45,961 nt of DNA from Octopus bimaculoides (GCF_001194135.2 NC_069001.1:14029956-14075916); one strand, 5' to 3'; shown: positions 1 to 11,520, counted from the stretch's first letter. Made by a program: numbers and translations. Notes: generated by a model from the sequence alone, not told the origin.

Positions 1-583
1 GTATAAAAAAATGTATTTTTTCACATTCTTTCGAACTTGCACAAATATTAATGTCAAATGCAGCATATATATATATATATATACATACAAATATTCCTTT
101 CCCGAGCGTCCACTGGCACAATCTGTATCACGTCCTCACGTTGTTGTTTTTTTGTCTTTTTCCTTTTTTGAACTTACACACATATATATATATATATATA
201 TAGGTTCAAAAAAGAAAAACGACAAAAAACAACAACGCGAGGACGCAATACAGATTATGTTACTGGACGCTATAATCGCACACGCGTGCGCACTGACTTG
301 TCAGCCGGAACTTTCAAGTCTCTGTGACAACTATTCTTGTAAAAGTGTATGATAAATAGCCAACAAAAACAATTGAGATCTCTTTCGGGCAAATGTAATT
401 TCTTTTTATTATACAAAAATATGAATACTTACATACATATACACACATGTATACACGCACACACACACACACACACACAGTCTATCACGCACAAACATTT
501 ACGCGTACAAATATTCATACATACATCCATACACGCACACACACACACGCAATTCACAGAAAAACATAAGTGCTAACTTGCTC

Positions 584-632
584 TGACGTGTTCATTTCAC
601 TTTCATTTTCTTTCGCGCCACACCTATATAAA
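584..632 (+). promoter_or_regulatory. Core promoter of the 675-1595 ORF: TGACGT (584-589), tandem IRF-E/ISRE-like TTTCACTTTCATTTTC (595-610), TATATAAA (625-632)
   Basis: Motifs read directly. TATA box lies 43 nt upstream of an ATG in the context aaccATGG. Reverse complement of 595-610 is GAAAATGAAAGTGAAA, two overlapping GAAANNGAAA. Confidence 0.6.
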
Positions 633-674
633 CAACACGAGTTTACTTTCTGACATTCTTCCTTTTACACAACC

Positions 675-1595
675 ATGGGCAAAGGACAGAGACTGAGAGG
701 AGCTGTTAAGGAATACCAGTGGGACGATATTAGTGAGACAGAAGAGAAGGGTCAATACACCCTTAACACATTTGTTCCCTTACCTGAAATACAATTGGAC
801 GGATTGGATTTCGACAAAATCTCCGATGTTGAACTATTAGCTAGCTTCGGTGGAAACGACGTCGATGAGAACGGTCGAACTGCATATTCTTTCACTTATT
901 TGTGCCACGGTACCCTCGGAAAACACGTGGAAGCAATTGAAAGGGAAGGTCTTCGAGGTGCGAAGGGATCCAGCAGTAATGAATTCAAAGATTGTTATTT
1001 TATATGGTGGCACCTCTACCCCTACGATTTTATCTACAATTCTCCAGATGATGAACGATTAAAAGCGAGTATGAAGAATAAGAGGGACCATCTGTTGAAA
1101 AATGTCATGGATGAAGATAACCGGGCGACCCTAGAAAAATCCTTTATCTGGTCCGCTATGTTCAGGGCGAAATTATTCCCGTTTACAGAATACAATTTCA
1201 TAGCAAGTATCACAGACATTATTGAAGAATATAAAACTATAATGGGATGTGAAGAGATCGAAATGAAGAAATATGGAACGTTTGTCTACTTGGATCCTTT
1301 TAAAAGAACGAAATACTTGACGGAAGTGATGTATGGTATCATTGTCTGCCCCAAGGGGACAAAAAGGTTCAGTTCATTGGACAACCTGAGCAACGACAAT
1401 GATATTTTCAAGTACAACACCGAAAATCCATTGGAAGGAACCTGGAATTGGATCCCATATTCCACCTCTCTCTTTGGTAAGGATCAGAAGAAACGCCTTT
1501 GGGATTACGTAAGTTTCGCTTTCTACATGAACGATGACCAAATGAGGTTGAAGCCTCCAGGTACCTGGAAGGGCCAAAAAGTACCGAATTGGTGA
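675..1595 (+). CDS. Intronless 306-aa uncharacterised protein, putative ADP-ribosyltransferase-like fold
   Basis: Uninterrupted ORF of normal globular composition with Kozak ATG and upstream TATA. Motifs LCHGT..VEAIEREGLRG (H78), FIWW, YNF..SITDIIEEY, EVMYGIIV (E217), WDYVSFAF. Function inferred, not established. Confidence 0.8.
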   Translation: MGKGQRLRGAVKEYQWDDISETEEKGQYTLNTFVPLPEIQLDGLDFDKISDVELLASFGGNDVDENGRTAYSFTYLCHGTLGKHVEAIEREGLRGAKGSSSNEFKDCYFIWWHLYPYDFIYNSPDDERLKASMKNKRDHLLKNVMDEDNRATLEKSFIWSAMFRAKLFPFTEYNFIASITDIIEEYKTIMGCEEIEMKKYGTFVYLDPFKRTKYLTEVMYGIIVCPKGTKRFSSLDNLSNDNDIFKYNTENPLEGTWNWIPYSTSLFGKDQKKRLWDYVSFAFYMNDDQMRLKPPGTWKGQKVPNW

Positions 1596-1610
1596 ACACT
1601 TTTACGTTAA

Positions 1611-1754
1611 GATTATTATTATTATTATTATCATTATTATTATTTTATGTTTGACTTTTGCTTTGCATTTGTACAAGTTGGATCCAAGTCTCACCCAGAG
1701 ACCTCAAGAGACAAGTTAGAAGTTCAATGTAGGTGTCATGCCTAGGGTACCATA

Positions 1755-1803
<49 letters not shown>

Positions 1804-1825
1804 GTTGTTGTTGTTGTTGTTATTA
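1611..1825. repeat. (TTA)n/(TTG)n microsatellites flanking a ~110-bp inserted repeat fragment (~1644-1755)
   Basis: Trinucleotide arrays on both sides of a non-repetitive segment. Confidence 0.6.
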
Positions 1826-3495
1826 GTATTATTCTGTGACTCCGAGTTATATGTATTCGACGTTTTTTTTCTTGCATCAACCGTATACTATGTATTCTTC
1901 AACTCGAAAGCGTATTTTTATTTATTTATTTATTTTTTTGTTTTCATTTTAAACGTTTATTTAGGTCTCTATATGCATTTCACGCTTTTTTTCTCTTTTT
2001 GCGTCAACCGTATAGTATTAATGCTTCAACCTGTAATGACGAAAGCGTATATTTGTTTTCATTTTAAACGNNNNNNNNNNNNNNNNNNNNNNNNNNNNNN
2101 NNNNNNNNNNNNNNNNNNNNNNNNNNNNNNNNNNNNNNNNNNNNNNNNNNNNNNNNNNNNNNNNNNNNNNACACACACACACACACACACGGACACAAAA
2201 ACACATATATACACACACACATAGAAATGTACACAAAACCAATCCCCAAAACCAGTGAACCATGACAGACTGTCACAGACCAACCAAAAATAAAATTAAA
2301 AAATCCTTTTTAACTCTTCTTCCCTCCCACCCCAGCTAGCCAGTCATACTGTCTCTTAAGACAGTAAAACATTCCCTCAATATACACAAGAGAAAAAAGC
2401 CAGGTCAGTTCTTCCTCAACTTTATTCGATTGTCAAAGAATATGTATANNNNNNNNNNNNNNNNNNNNNNNNNNNNNNNNNNNNNNNNNNNNNNNNNNNN
2501 NNNNNNNNNNNNNNNNNNNNNNNNNNNNNNNNNNNNNNNNNNNNNNNNNNNNNNNNNNNNNNNNNNNNNNNNNNNNNNNNNNNNNNNNNNNNNNNNNNNN
2601 NNNNNNNNNNNNNNNNNNNNNNNNNNNNNNNNNNNNNNNNNNNNNNNNNNNNNNNNNNNNNNNNNNNNNNNNNNNNNNNNNNNNNNNNNNNNNNNNNNNN
2701 NNNNNNNNNNNNNNNNNNNNNNNNNNNNNNNNNNNNNNNNNNNNNNNNNNNNNNNNNNNNNNNNNNNNNNNNNNNNNNNNNNNNNNNNNNNNNNNNNNNN
2801 NNNNNNNNNNNNNNNNNNNNNNNNNNNNNNNNNNNNNNNNNNNNNNNNNNNNNNNNNNNNNNNNNNNNNNNNNNNNNNNNNNNNNNNNNNNNNNNNNNNN
2901 NNNNNNNNNNNNNNNNNNNNNNNNNNNNNNNNNNNNNNNNNNNNNNNNNNNNNNNNNNNNNNNNNNNNNNNNNNNNNNNNNNNNNNNNNNNNNNNNNNNN
3001 NNNNNNNNNNNNNNNNNNNNNNNNNNNNNNNNNNNNNNNNNNNNNNNNNNNNNNNNNNNNNNNNNNNNNNNNNNNNNNNNNNNNNNNNNNNNNNNNNNNN
3101 NNNNNNNNNNNNNNNNNNNNNNNNNNNNNNNNNNNNNNNNNNNNNNNNNNNNNNNNNNNNNNNNNNNNNNNNNNNNNNNNNNNNNNNNNNNNNNNNNNNN
3201 NNNNNNNNNNNNNNNNNNNNNNNNNNNNNNNNNNNNNNNNNNNNNNNNNNNNNNNNNNNNNNNNNNNNNNNNNNNNNNNNNNNNNNNNNNNNNNNNNNNN
3301 NNNNNNNNNNNNNNNNNNNNNNNNNNNNNNNNNNNNNNNNNNNNNNNNNNNNNNNNNNNNNNNNNNNNNNNNNNNNNNNNNNNNNNNNNNNNNNNGGGGC
3401 AATAAAATAAGCACCCGTTGATTACTGGGGGTAGGTGTAATCAACTATCCCCGTCCCTCGAATTTCAGGCTTTGTGCCATTAGTAGAAAGGATTA

Positions 3496-3536
<41 letters not shown>

Positions 3537-4304
3537 GTTGTTGTTGTTGTTGTTGATGTTATTTTGAGAAAATATTTCACACGCATACATACACATAGAC
3601 ACGAATGGATACGTATAGCGCATATATGCATACCTGTATTCCTATTGCACTGTGAGTTTATTTATCTACAAATATCCATGTGTATGTGTGTGTATCTATC
3701 TATCTAGCTAGCTAGCTAGCTAATTAGCTATACACTCACACATATATGCATGCCCCCACGCACGCGCGCGTGCACACACACACACACACACACACCCACA
3801 TACACATACATACATGATTAGATAAAGATAGTTATGGCCAGTCTGTGTCATAAAGCGCTTAACCTTACATCGTCTCTTCTCTAAAGCTAAGCGCTTTATA
3901 GGCGCGAAAAACCTGGGTAACCCTACAGGAAGAAGGGGAGATAATAAAGGAGTGGTGATCCCAAAATGAAGGTGCGCGTGCGGAGGTATAAGGGAGGATG
4001 TATGTGCGTGTGGAAGAGGGCTGGTGATCTTGACGTGTGCGTGTGTGGTGGTGTTGTGTGGCATGGTGTTGTAGGGTGTGGTGGTGGTGGTGTGTTTGTG
4101 TGTGTATGTATGTATGCATGTGTGCGTGTTTCTGTGTGTGTATGTATGTATGTGTGTGTGTGTGTGTGTGTGTGTATGGAAGTTTGTACGTGTATATAGA
4201 CATGAACAAATATAGACATTGGCAGGTCATTTATAAATAGAAATAACAAAAACACGGTCACTCAAATGCATACTGCCACATCCGGAAATTCACCGACGTA
4301 GGAA

Positions 4305-4445
4305 CAGAGAGAGAGAAGCAGAGAGAGAGAGAAGCAGAGAGAGAGAGAGAGAAGCAGAGAGAGAGAGAGAGAGAGAGAAACAGACAGACAGACAGAGACA
4401 CAGAGAAGGCAGAGAGAGACAGAGAAAGGAGAGAGAGAGAGAGAG
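4305..4445. repeat. (GA)n/(GACA)n microsatellite; (GT)n/(CA)n arrays at ~3770-4190
   Basis: Read directly. Confidence 0.9.
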
Positions 4446-5529
4446 TCATAATTACACGCACACCCATAAACAAACGAGATCATGTATATTTTCACTATTA
4501 ATTAGCAAATTCTGCTTATTTCTCTGTTATTTTGTGTTGTTGAAATAAAATTACAATAAAGATCGATTTTATCACAAATACTCAGCTGTTGATGTTGTTA
4601 CTGTTGTTGTTGATGTTTCTATGATGGTTTTATAGTTTAACCCCAGGTAAGTTGTGAGCATGGTGGATAACCACCTTAATGGGTTTTAGTAGAAGAAATT
4701 GAACCCAGAACTTATTCTTTCTATGCCTACTACTTATTCTATCGAGTTTTTTTGCCTGGACGCGAAATCTTTTTTCCACGAGAGTTCTGGACCCCAGTAA
4801 TGAATTCATTTGCATATAGCCAATTAGAGCAGAGCTACCTTTATCCTTTCTTCCTTTCTAGTCAGCACAGTGCATTCTTTACTCTTTCCCTCTCTACTGG
4901 CAGACAGTAACTTCTCCGTCTATGTTAATGTTTGTTTCTTTTTGTCATTGAGCATTGAGATGGCTGTGAGGTGTGCTAAAAATAACAGCTAAATAAAATT
5001 TTTTGGATAAATCTTTTAAATTGAAGTTTATTTACCAACACCTCGCTCAAAGATTAAAAACTGTTTTTTTCTTTTAAATTATCATAAACATTTATTTACA
5101 TGAAAGAAAATTACCGAACTTTCATCTAATTTTTCTAAATCTTTCTGTTAAAAATTGAAACGTGTTTATCGCATGTAACGTGTTGTTTATCACATTTGTA
5201 TTAAATAGTGGTGGTTGTGAAGTGTGCTAAAAATAACAGTTAAATAAGATTTATTTACATGAAATAAAATTAACGGAGACATAACACATTGTTTATAAAT
5301 ATTCTTTTCTCCTCAATGCACAAGGCCCGAATTTAGGGGGAAGAGAACAATCGATTAGATCGACCGCAGTACGCAACTGGTACTTAGATTTATCGACCCC
5401 GAAAGGAAGAAAAGGCACAGTCGATCTCGGCGGAGTGCTATTTTCAGAATATTGACAACACTATTTATAAAACCTTCGAGCAGTTTCTCTACTTTCATAT
5501 TTGTCCGAAACATTATCTTTGATTGCATG

Positions 5530-5870
5530 ACCCGTTGACAACAGGATCAATGTGAAAGAAGAAGAAAAAAAATAAACAACTATGAAGATTTGAAGTTGGA
5601 AATGCAAAGGTTGTGATCAATGAAGAGAGTAGACGTGAAACCAACAGTAATTGGTTCACTTGGAAGTATCAGCGCTCAACTACCAACATGGCTTAAAAAG
5701 ATTGGTGCAAGTGTGAAGGTAGAACACCTACAAAAATCAGCATTGCTTGGAACTGCAAGAATTTTTCGTAGGGTTCTTGAAGTATGACCAGTAAAACAAG
5801 TGTCACCTTAGTCTGCTGGCTGTGGGCAGCTGACACTTTCCATCATACCCAGCAAAATAAGCTATGATTA
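5530..5870 (+). mobile_element. 3' fragment of an R4/Dong-like non-LTR retrotransposon (restriction-like endonuclease domain, degenerate)
   Basis: Translates approximately as PVDNRINVKEEEK..YEDLKLEMQRL*SMKRVDVKPTVIGSLG...WLKKIG...LQKSALLGTARIFRRVLEV* (stop 5785-5787), the typical RLE C-terminus. Internal stop and frameshift. Confidence 0.75.
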
Positions 5871-6249
5871 GATAAAACGTATCTTTTATTCCAACAACAC
5901 TATTAAACGCACGACAAAAATTTCCTCAAAAATACGTTGAAAATCTTACATATCCACAGTTTTCTCTGCACGAATACAAAAAGGATCATCTTTAAAAACT
6001 TTGAAACTTTAGGCACCACAACTGCCAATATATATAAACTGCACGATTACGAAAGCTAAACCACGGCAAAACCTGTAAAAAGGCAAGAAATATTCAACGA
6101 TGTAAATATTCAACGCTGTAAATATTCAACGATGTAAATATCAAAGTGTGTGTGTGTGTGTGTATTTGTGTGTGTGTGTTTGTGTGCGTGTGTGTGTGTG
6201 TAAGTGTATGTGTGTGTATGTGAGTGTTTGTGTGTGTGTGTGTATATAT

Positions 6250-6660
6250 ATACTCTTTTACTTGTTTCAGTCATTTGACTGTGGCCATCCTTGAGCACCG
6301 CCTTTAGTCGAGCAAATCGACCCCAGGATGTATTCTTTGTAAGCCTAGTACTTATTCTATCGGTCTCTTTTGCCTAACTGCTAAGTTACGAGGACGAAAA
6401 CACACCAGCACCGGTTGTCAAGCGATGTTGGGTGGGGGACAAACACAGACACAAACATATACACACACATACATACATGTATATACATATATACGACGGG
6501 CTTCTTTCAGTTTCCGTCTACCAAATCCATTCACATGGCTTTGGTCGGCCCGAAGCTATAGTAGAAGACACTAGCCCAAGGTGCCACGCAGTGGGACTGA
6601 ACCCGGAACCATGTGGTTGGTAAGCAAGGTACTTACCACACAGCCACTCCTACGCCTAGT
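6250..6660 (-). mobile_element. tRNA-derived SINE (family A) with internal microsatellite
   Basis: Reverse complement of the 9515-9940 copy: A/B-box head ggctgtgtggtaag...ggttcagtccc, tail gactgaaacaagtaaaagag. Confidence 0.85.
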
Positions 6661-7282
6661 CATATATGTATGTATCTATGTATGTATGTTGTTATTATTG
6701 TTATTTTTCTTTTCTACTATAGGCACGAGGCCTGAAATTGTGGGGGAGGAGACTAGTCGATTACATTGACCCCAGTGTTTCACTGGTACTTAATTTATCG
6801 ACCCCGAAAGGATTAAAAGTAAAGTCGACCTCGGCTATGAAGGTATGATATCGTAGAGAAAAAAGTTTTTAAAAAAATTTTAAAAACTGTGTATTTATAG
6901 CCAATAGCGAGATAGAGATTTTCTACGTTTAGCGGAGTTGTGTCAACTTTAAGGTTGTACCCTGTGAAATTTATAGTTTAGCGTCTGTGAAATAACCTCT
7001 TCATTGTAGATTTCTAAATAAACAGAAATACCTAATAAAATCAACATGTATCATCTTACTGTTTCTTTTGTTTCTTCATTGGTTGTATTTTACATATTTT
7101 TCATATATAGCAAAGTTGTTTGCGATGTTTATCCAGTTTCTTAGCATTATCAAGTTGAATGGAATATGTGAGCTTAGTACAGATAATCTGACGTTATTTT
7201 TGAATTCTGCATGCAAAAACATATAAGATGCAGTGTTTACAAGAAAATCGACCATCATTGGTTTCATGTTGAAAGGTGTTCT

Positions 7283-7641
7283 TCCACATGCAGCGAGGAT
7301 GGCATTCCAAAGGCTGGAGCAGTTTGAATGAGAAACGATTCCCTACCCACCATATTCGCCGGACATTGTCCCGTCTGATTGTCATTTATTCCGCAGTCTT
7401 TAAAATCATTTGGACGGAAAAAATATGAATTCTGTTGAAGTCAGAACAGTACTGGAGGAGTATTTTTTGTAACGGACAAGTGAATTTTGGAAGAGGGGCC
7501 TTGTAAGTCTAACAAATAGATAGAAGAGCTTGTCGAAAATGAAGGAGAATATATTTTAGATTAAAAAAGAACTTTGTTTATCTTAATTTTGAAAAATAAA
7601 AGAAGTATAAAAAAACGCATTATTTATTGGGTGACCCAGTA
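7283..7641 (+). mobile_element. Degenerate mariner transposase C-terminus plus 3' TIR; 3' end repeated at 7906-7966
   Basis: PHAAR..QRLEQFE*ETIPYPPYSPDIVPSDCHLFRSL*NHLDGK motif with several stops. End cgcattatttattgggtgacccagta. Confidence 0.8.
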
Positions 7642-8329
7642 TTGATACTTCAATGCAACAGCTATGAATATCAATGAGCTCATTGCTTCCTAGTCTTATA
7701 TATATATAATCAAATAAAAACAATAGATAAACAGATAGATATATATATATATATATATATAGATAGATAGATATGCTTACGCACACTTGTGTGTGTGAAT
7801 ACGTGTATGTATTTGTGTGTGTTATTGTATACAAATATATAAGTGTATTGCTATCATCACCATCATTATTATTAGAAATACACATCCCAAAAAAANNNNN
7901 NNNNNTCTTAATTTTGAAAAATAAAAGAAGTATAAAAAAACGCATTATTTATTGGATGACCCAATATATGCTTTATTTTAAAAGAAATATTCACACTAAT
8001 ACAGGAATAGCGCTATACTATAGCCAAAGTCTTGACACAGTGTGCTTGGCTGAAGGGACTTGCTTGATTAGGCTCAGTATGGGTGTTGTATGTTTGCTGT
8101 GACAAAATGCTTTTGACAATTCCATGCTCCGCTAAGTAAAAAAAAAAAAGGAAGGGAAGGGAATTTTGTATCCCATGCCCCGCCACAATTTTCCCAGGCC
8201 CACCGGTGGGACGTTTGCCTCACGTTGGGAATCACTGCTGTAAAGACTCTATGACATGACATGGGAATCATACCCAAATTGTGATGTTCTTTGAGCGTGT
8301 CTCCAATGATATTGATACCATGCTGTCGT

Positions 8330-8875
8330 TGAACAAGGCCTTACGCTCAATTGTGACGGCTATGTGAAGTTGCTGGAGACTTGGTCAATCCCTGGATGGA
8401 GAGGGTTGCTACTGCAGGTCCATATATCGGGCAGCATAATTCGGTTCCTTGCCGTACATCCGGAAAGAGTCAGAAGTGGTTGTTGGAGAATTCCTACGAC
8501 TTCACCAGCCCCAGTTTCTGGCCGCCTAATCCCCCCCCCCCAATTACAATGGATTACTNNNNNNNNNNTCGACTTAATTCCTTTGTCTGTCCTTGTTTGT
8601 CCCCTCTATGTTAAGCCCCTTGTGGGCAATAAAGAAATAAGATGAAGGAAGTGTTCTAAGATCTTCCCAAGGACATACATAGAGAGGAACGCATGCACCG
8701 GGTCCCGGATCCATCTTAGGGCCGTGGTGGAAATTGAGGGTGATTACTTCGAGAAAACTGTTATCTCCCAGCCTTAATTTAGTTGGTATTTTTTGATTTT
8801 TTAAATTACTTTTATTTTTGGATGTGATATTTGGTTTTCTTTGTCAAACTGTCAAATTTAACCCGAACACTCTGA
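8330..8875 (+). mobile_element. Degenerate Tc1/mariner-superfamily transposase remnant, interrupted by a gap and a SINE tail
   Basis: ..VNPWMERVATAGPYIGQHNSVPCRTSGKSQKWLLENSYDFTSPSFWPPN..MDY matches the QQDSAPCH...WPPNSPDLNPMDY pattern; later AVVEIEGDYFE-like C-terminus. Confidence 0.7.
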
Positions 8876-9514
8876 ATTTACATGCACAGAATCACACATT
8901 TTTACCCCAGAAAACCACTTCAAAATATCCTTCAACGAGTGAATGATGAAACATACTAAATGTACTTCGTTTTTGTATCTGGTTTGCAAGATTTCTTTAT
9001 GAGAATTCGTGTGTTGAAACTAATTTTGTTGTTTAGAAACGCAACAAAATACTAAATCTATTTATCTGAAAATATCGTTGTAAATACGGTTGCACCTTAT
9101 GCGAGAGTACATCTTATGAGAGAGTACATCTTATGCTGGCAAATACGGTATTTTTTAAGGCGTGTGGAAGTTAGAATCGATGCAGTGATACAATCACCGC
9201 ACCGATTCTGCTCACGTTATCAAAGCATGGGAGACAATATATCTGTATGTGTAGACACACAGTGGTTCCCCTTGCATTTGGTATCGGAAAAAGTAGTTAC
9301 TGAGCCGTACTTTGTGACAGTTCTTCTGGCCTTTTAGGTTCTGAGTTCAAATTCCGTCATGGTCGACATTACTAATCGTCCTTTTGGAGTCGATAAAAAA
9401 AAAGATAAATTCATTAAACTGAGAGGTTTTTACCTCACACCACTAGCGCAGCTAGAATGTGTACCACCCGGGGCGACCCTTCTGTTTTCCGTCCCCGGAC
9501 CCCACAAGAAATAC

Positions 9515-9668
9515 AGGAGTGGCTGTGTGGTAAGTAGCTTGCTTACCAACCACATGGTCCCGGGTTCAATCCCACTGTGTGGCACCTTGAGCAAGTGTCT
9601 TCTACTATAGCCTCGGACCGACCTTGTGAGTGGATTTGGTAGAAGGAAACTGAAAGAAGCCTGTCGTA

Positions 9669-9700
<32 letters not shown>

Positions 9701-9940
9701 CATGTGTGTGTATATGTTTCTGTGTCTGTGTTTATCCCCCCACCCCAACCTCGCTTGACATCCGATGCTGGTGTGCTTACGTCCCCGTAACTTAGCGGTT
9801 CGGCAAAAGAGACCGATAGAATAAGTACTAGTCTTCCAAAGAATAAGTCCTGGGGTCGATTTGCTCGACTCAAGGCGGTGCTCCAGCATGGCCGCAGTCA
9901 AATGACTGAAACAAGTAAAAGAGTAAGAGTAAAAGAGATA
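9515..9940 (+). mobile_element. Near full-length tRNA-derived SINE (family A)
   Basis: Pol III A/B-box-like head, internal (TA)n(TG)n, conserved 3' body. Further copies at ~19000-19410(-), 20233-20641(-), 23670-24010(+), 24310-24630(-), 25640-25950(+), 26290-26650(+), 26690-27020(-), 30880-31139(-), 33925-34258(+), 34440-34760(-), 38885-39258(-), 44820-44980(-). Confidence 0.85.
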
Positions 9941-10969
9941 TTGCCTACAGCAATAGCCTACAACAGGATGAAAAGTGCCGCCCGGGGCGGACCGCCCCCC
10001 CCCCCCCCCGAGCTACACTAATGCCTCATCCTCCCTACTTACCGGAGTTATCATCATCAGATTTTCACTTATTCAGTCACTTGAACACTTTACTGGTCGT
10101 AAAACATTCAGAAGAAGGGTCTATGTAGAAACGGTAAACCAAACATTTTTCTCTTCTAAATTTGATTTTTTTTCTTTTCTCGAAGACTCAGAAAGATGGT
10201 TCCGAAGTAGGAAAAAGTTATTGCTAACGACGGTGATTATATTTTGAATGAATAAATATATTTATGATAAGTTTTGAAAGAATGTTGTTGTTATGGGAGG
10301 GTCATTACACCAATAATAATAATAATAACACACCCACATTGGTTCACCATCACTTCTTTATTGTTAGTCAATTAGTTAAATACCTAACCAACCAAACTAT
10401 TCGATCGTTTGCTTAATGTGCTGGTTAAACAATCAATCGGTTGTTTATTCCTCATAGTTCTTTCGTCGCTACACGCGACCTTTTCAGTAACTCGCCTTCT
10501 CCCTTCAAGGTCTACTCTGTGAAAGAATATAAATTGTAAATATATTTATTAACGATGTTTCATACTAATTGGAACTTATTGCATGAAATGCAACATTACT
10601 CTTCCATACCCTTTGTAGGTTATAGGAAATTTGGTTACTATTTCTAGCAGATTGAACGACCACGTTCAAGCCTCCTTCCTCTTGTCGTCTGCTATTGTTT
10701 TTGTTTTTTTTTGTCTTTTACTTTTGGTCAGCATGGGAGAATTTGAAAACTTCCGGTAAGTTGAAGTCGGGCAAGTGAATATTCCGGAAGTCGATAGGGA
10801 AATGCGGAGATGGAAGCTGAATTATTAAAAAAAAAAAAAAGCAATAATTTTTCTTTTTTCAGAATTGGTATTCTTCGTATTTTTAAAAATGGAATTGGTG
10901 ATGTCTGCCGAGGGTTATGTTTTAAAAAATTGAAGACAAATCTTTTTTTTAATGGGGTGCGGATAGTAG

Positions 10970-11520
10970 GTGCACAAGGCCAGTAATTTCGGAGGCAGAA
11001 GTAAGTCGATTACCATGAACATCAGTGTTTAACTGGTACTTAATTTTTAGACCTCGAAAGAAATGAAAGACAAAGTCGACCTCGGCGGAATCTGAATCCA
11101 GAAATACCGCTAAGCATTTTGATCGGCGTACTAACGAGGATGGAGTAAATATTGGTTTCACCTTTTGCCACAAGGGCAGCAATTTATGCGTGACCCCAGT
11201 GTTCAATTAGTACTTATTTTATCGAGCCCTACAGGATGGAAGGTAAAGTCGACCTCGGCGGAATTTGAATCTAGAACCGCTAAGCATTTTGATCGGCGTG
11301 CTAACGAGGATGAAGTAAATATTGGTTTTAACTTTTGCCAAAAGGGCAGCAATTTTGCGTGAGAAAATGAGTCAATTAGTACTTATTTTATCGAGCCCGA
11401 AATGGTGGAAGGTAAAGTCGACCTCAGCGGAATTTGAACTCAGAACGTAGCAACGGGTGAAATACTGCTACGCAGTTCGTCCAGCGCCCAAACGATTCTG
11501 CCAGCTCGCCGCCTTTAAGA
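10970..11520 (-). mobile_element. Three tandem partial copies of a second tRNA-derived SINE (family B), ~170-bp period
   Basis: Repeated aaagtcgacctcggcggaat(t/c)tgaa and ccgctaagcattttgatcggcgt blocks at 11107 and 11277. Confidence 0.75.

Noticed and set aside
287-293. MRE-like TGCGCAC upstream of the ART-like ORF
   Set aside because: Single short motif inside a CG/CA-repeat-like stretch ~390 bp from the ATG; chance occurrence likely.
11-576. ORFs 11-352 and 349-576
   Set aside because: Driven by (TA)n/(CA)n microsatellites (IYIY, HTHT); no coding signal.
2422-3444. Long ORFs made of X (also 22189-23289, 31022-31793, 41710-42720)
   Set aside because: Artefacts of N gaps.
9515-9600. tRNA genes suggested by A/B-box motifs
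   Set aside because: These are SINE heads continuing into SINE bodies; no complete cloverleaf.
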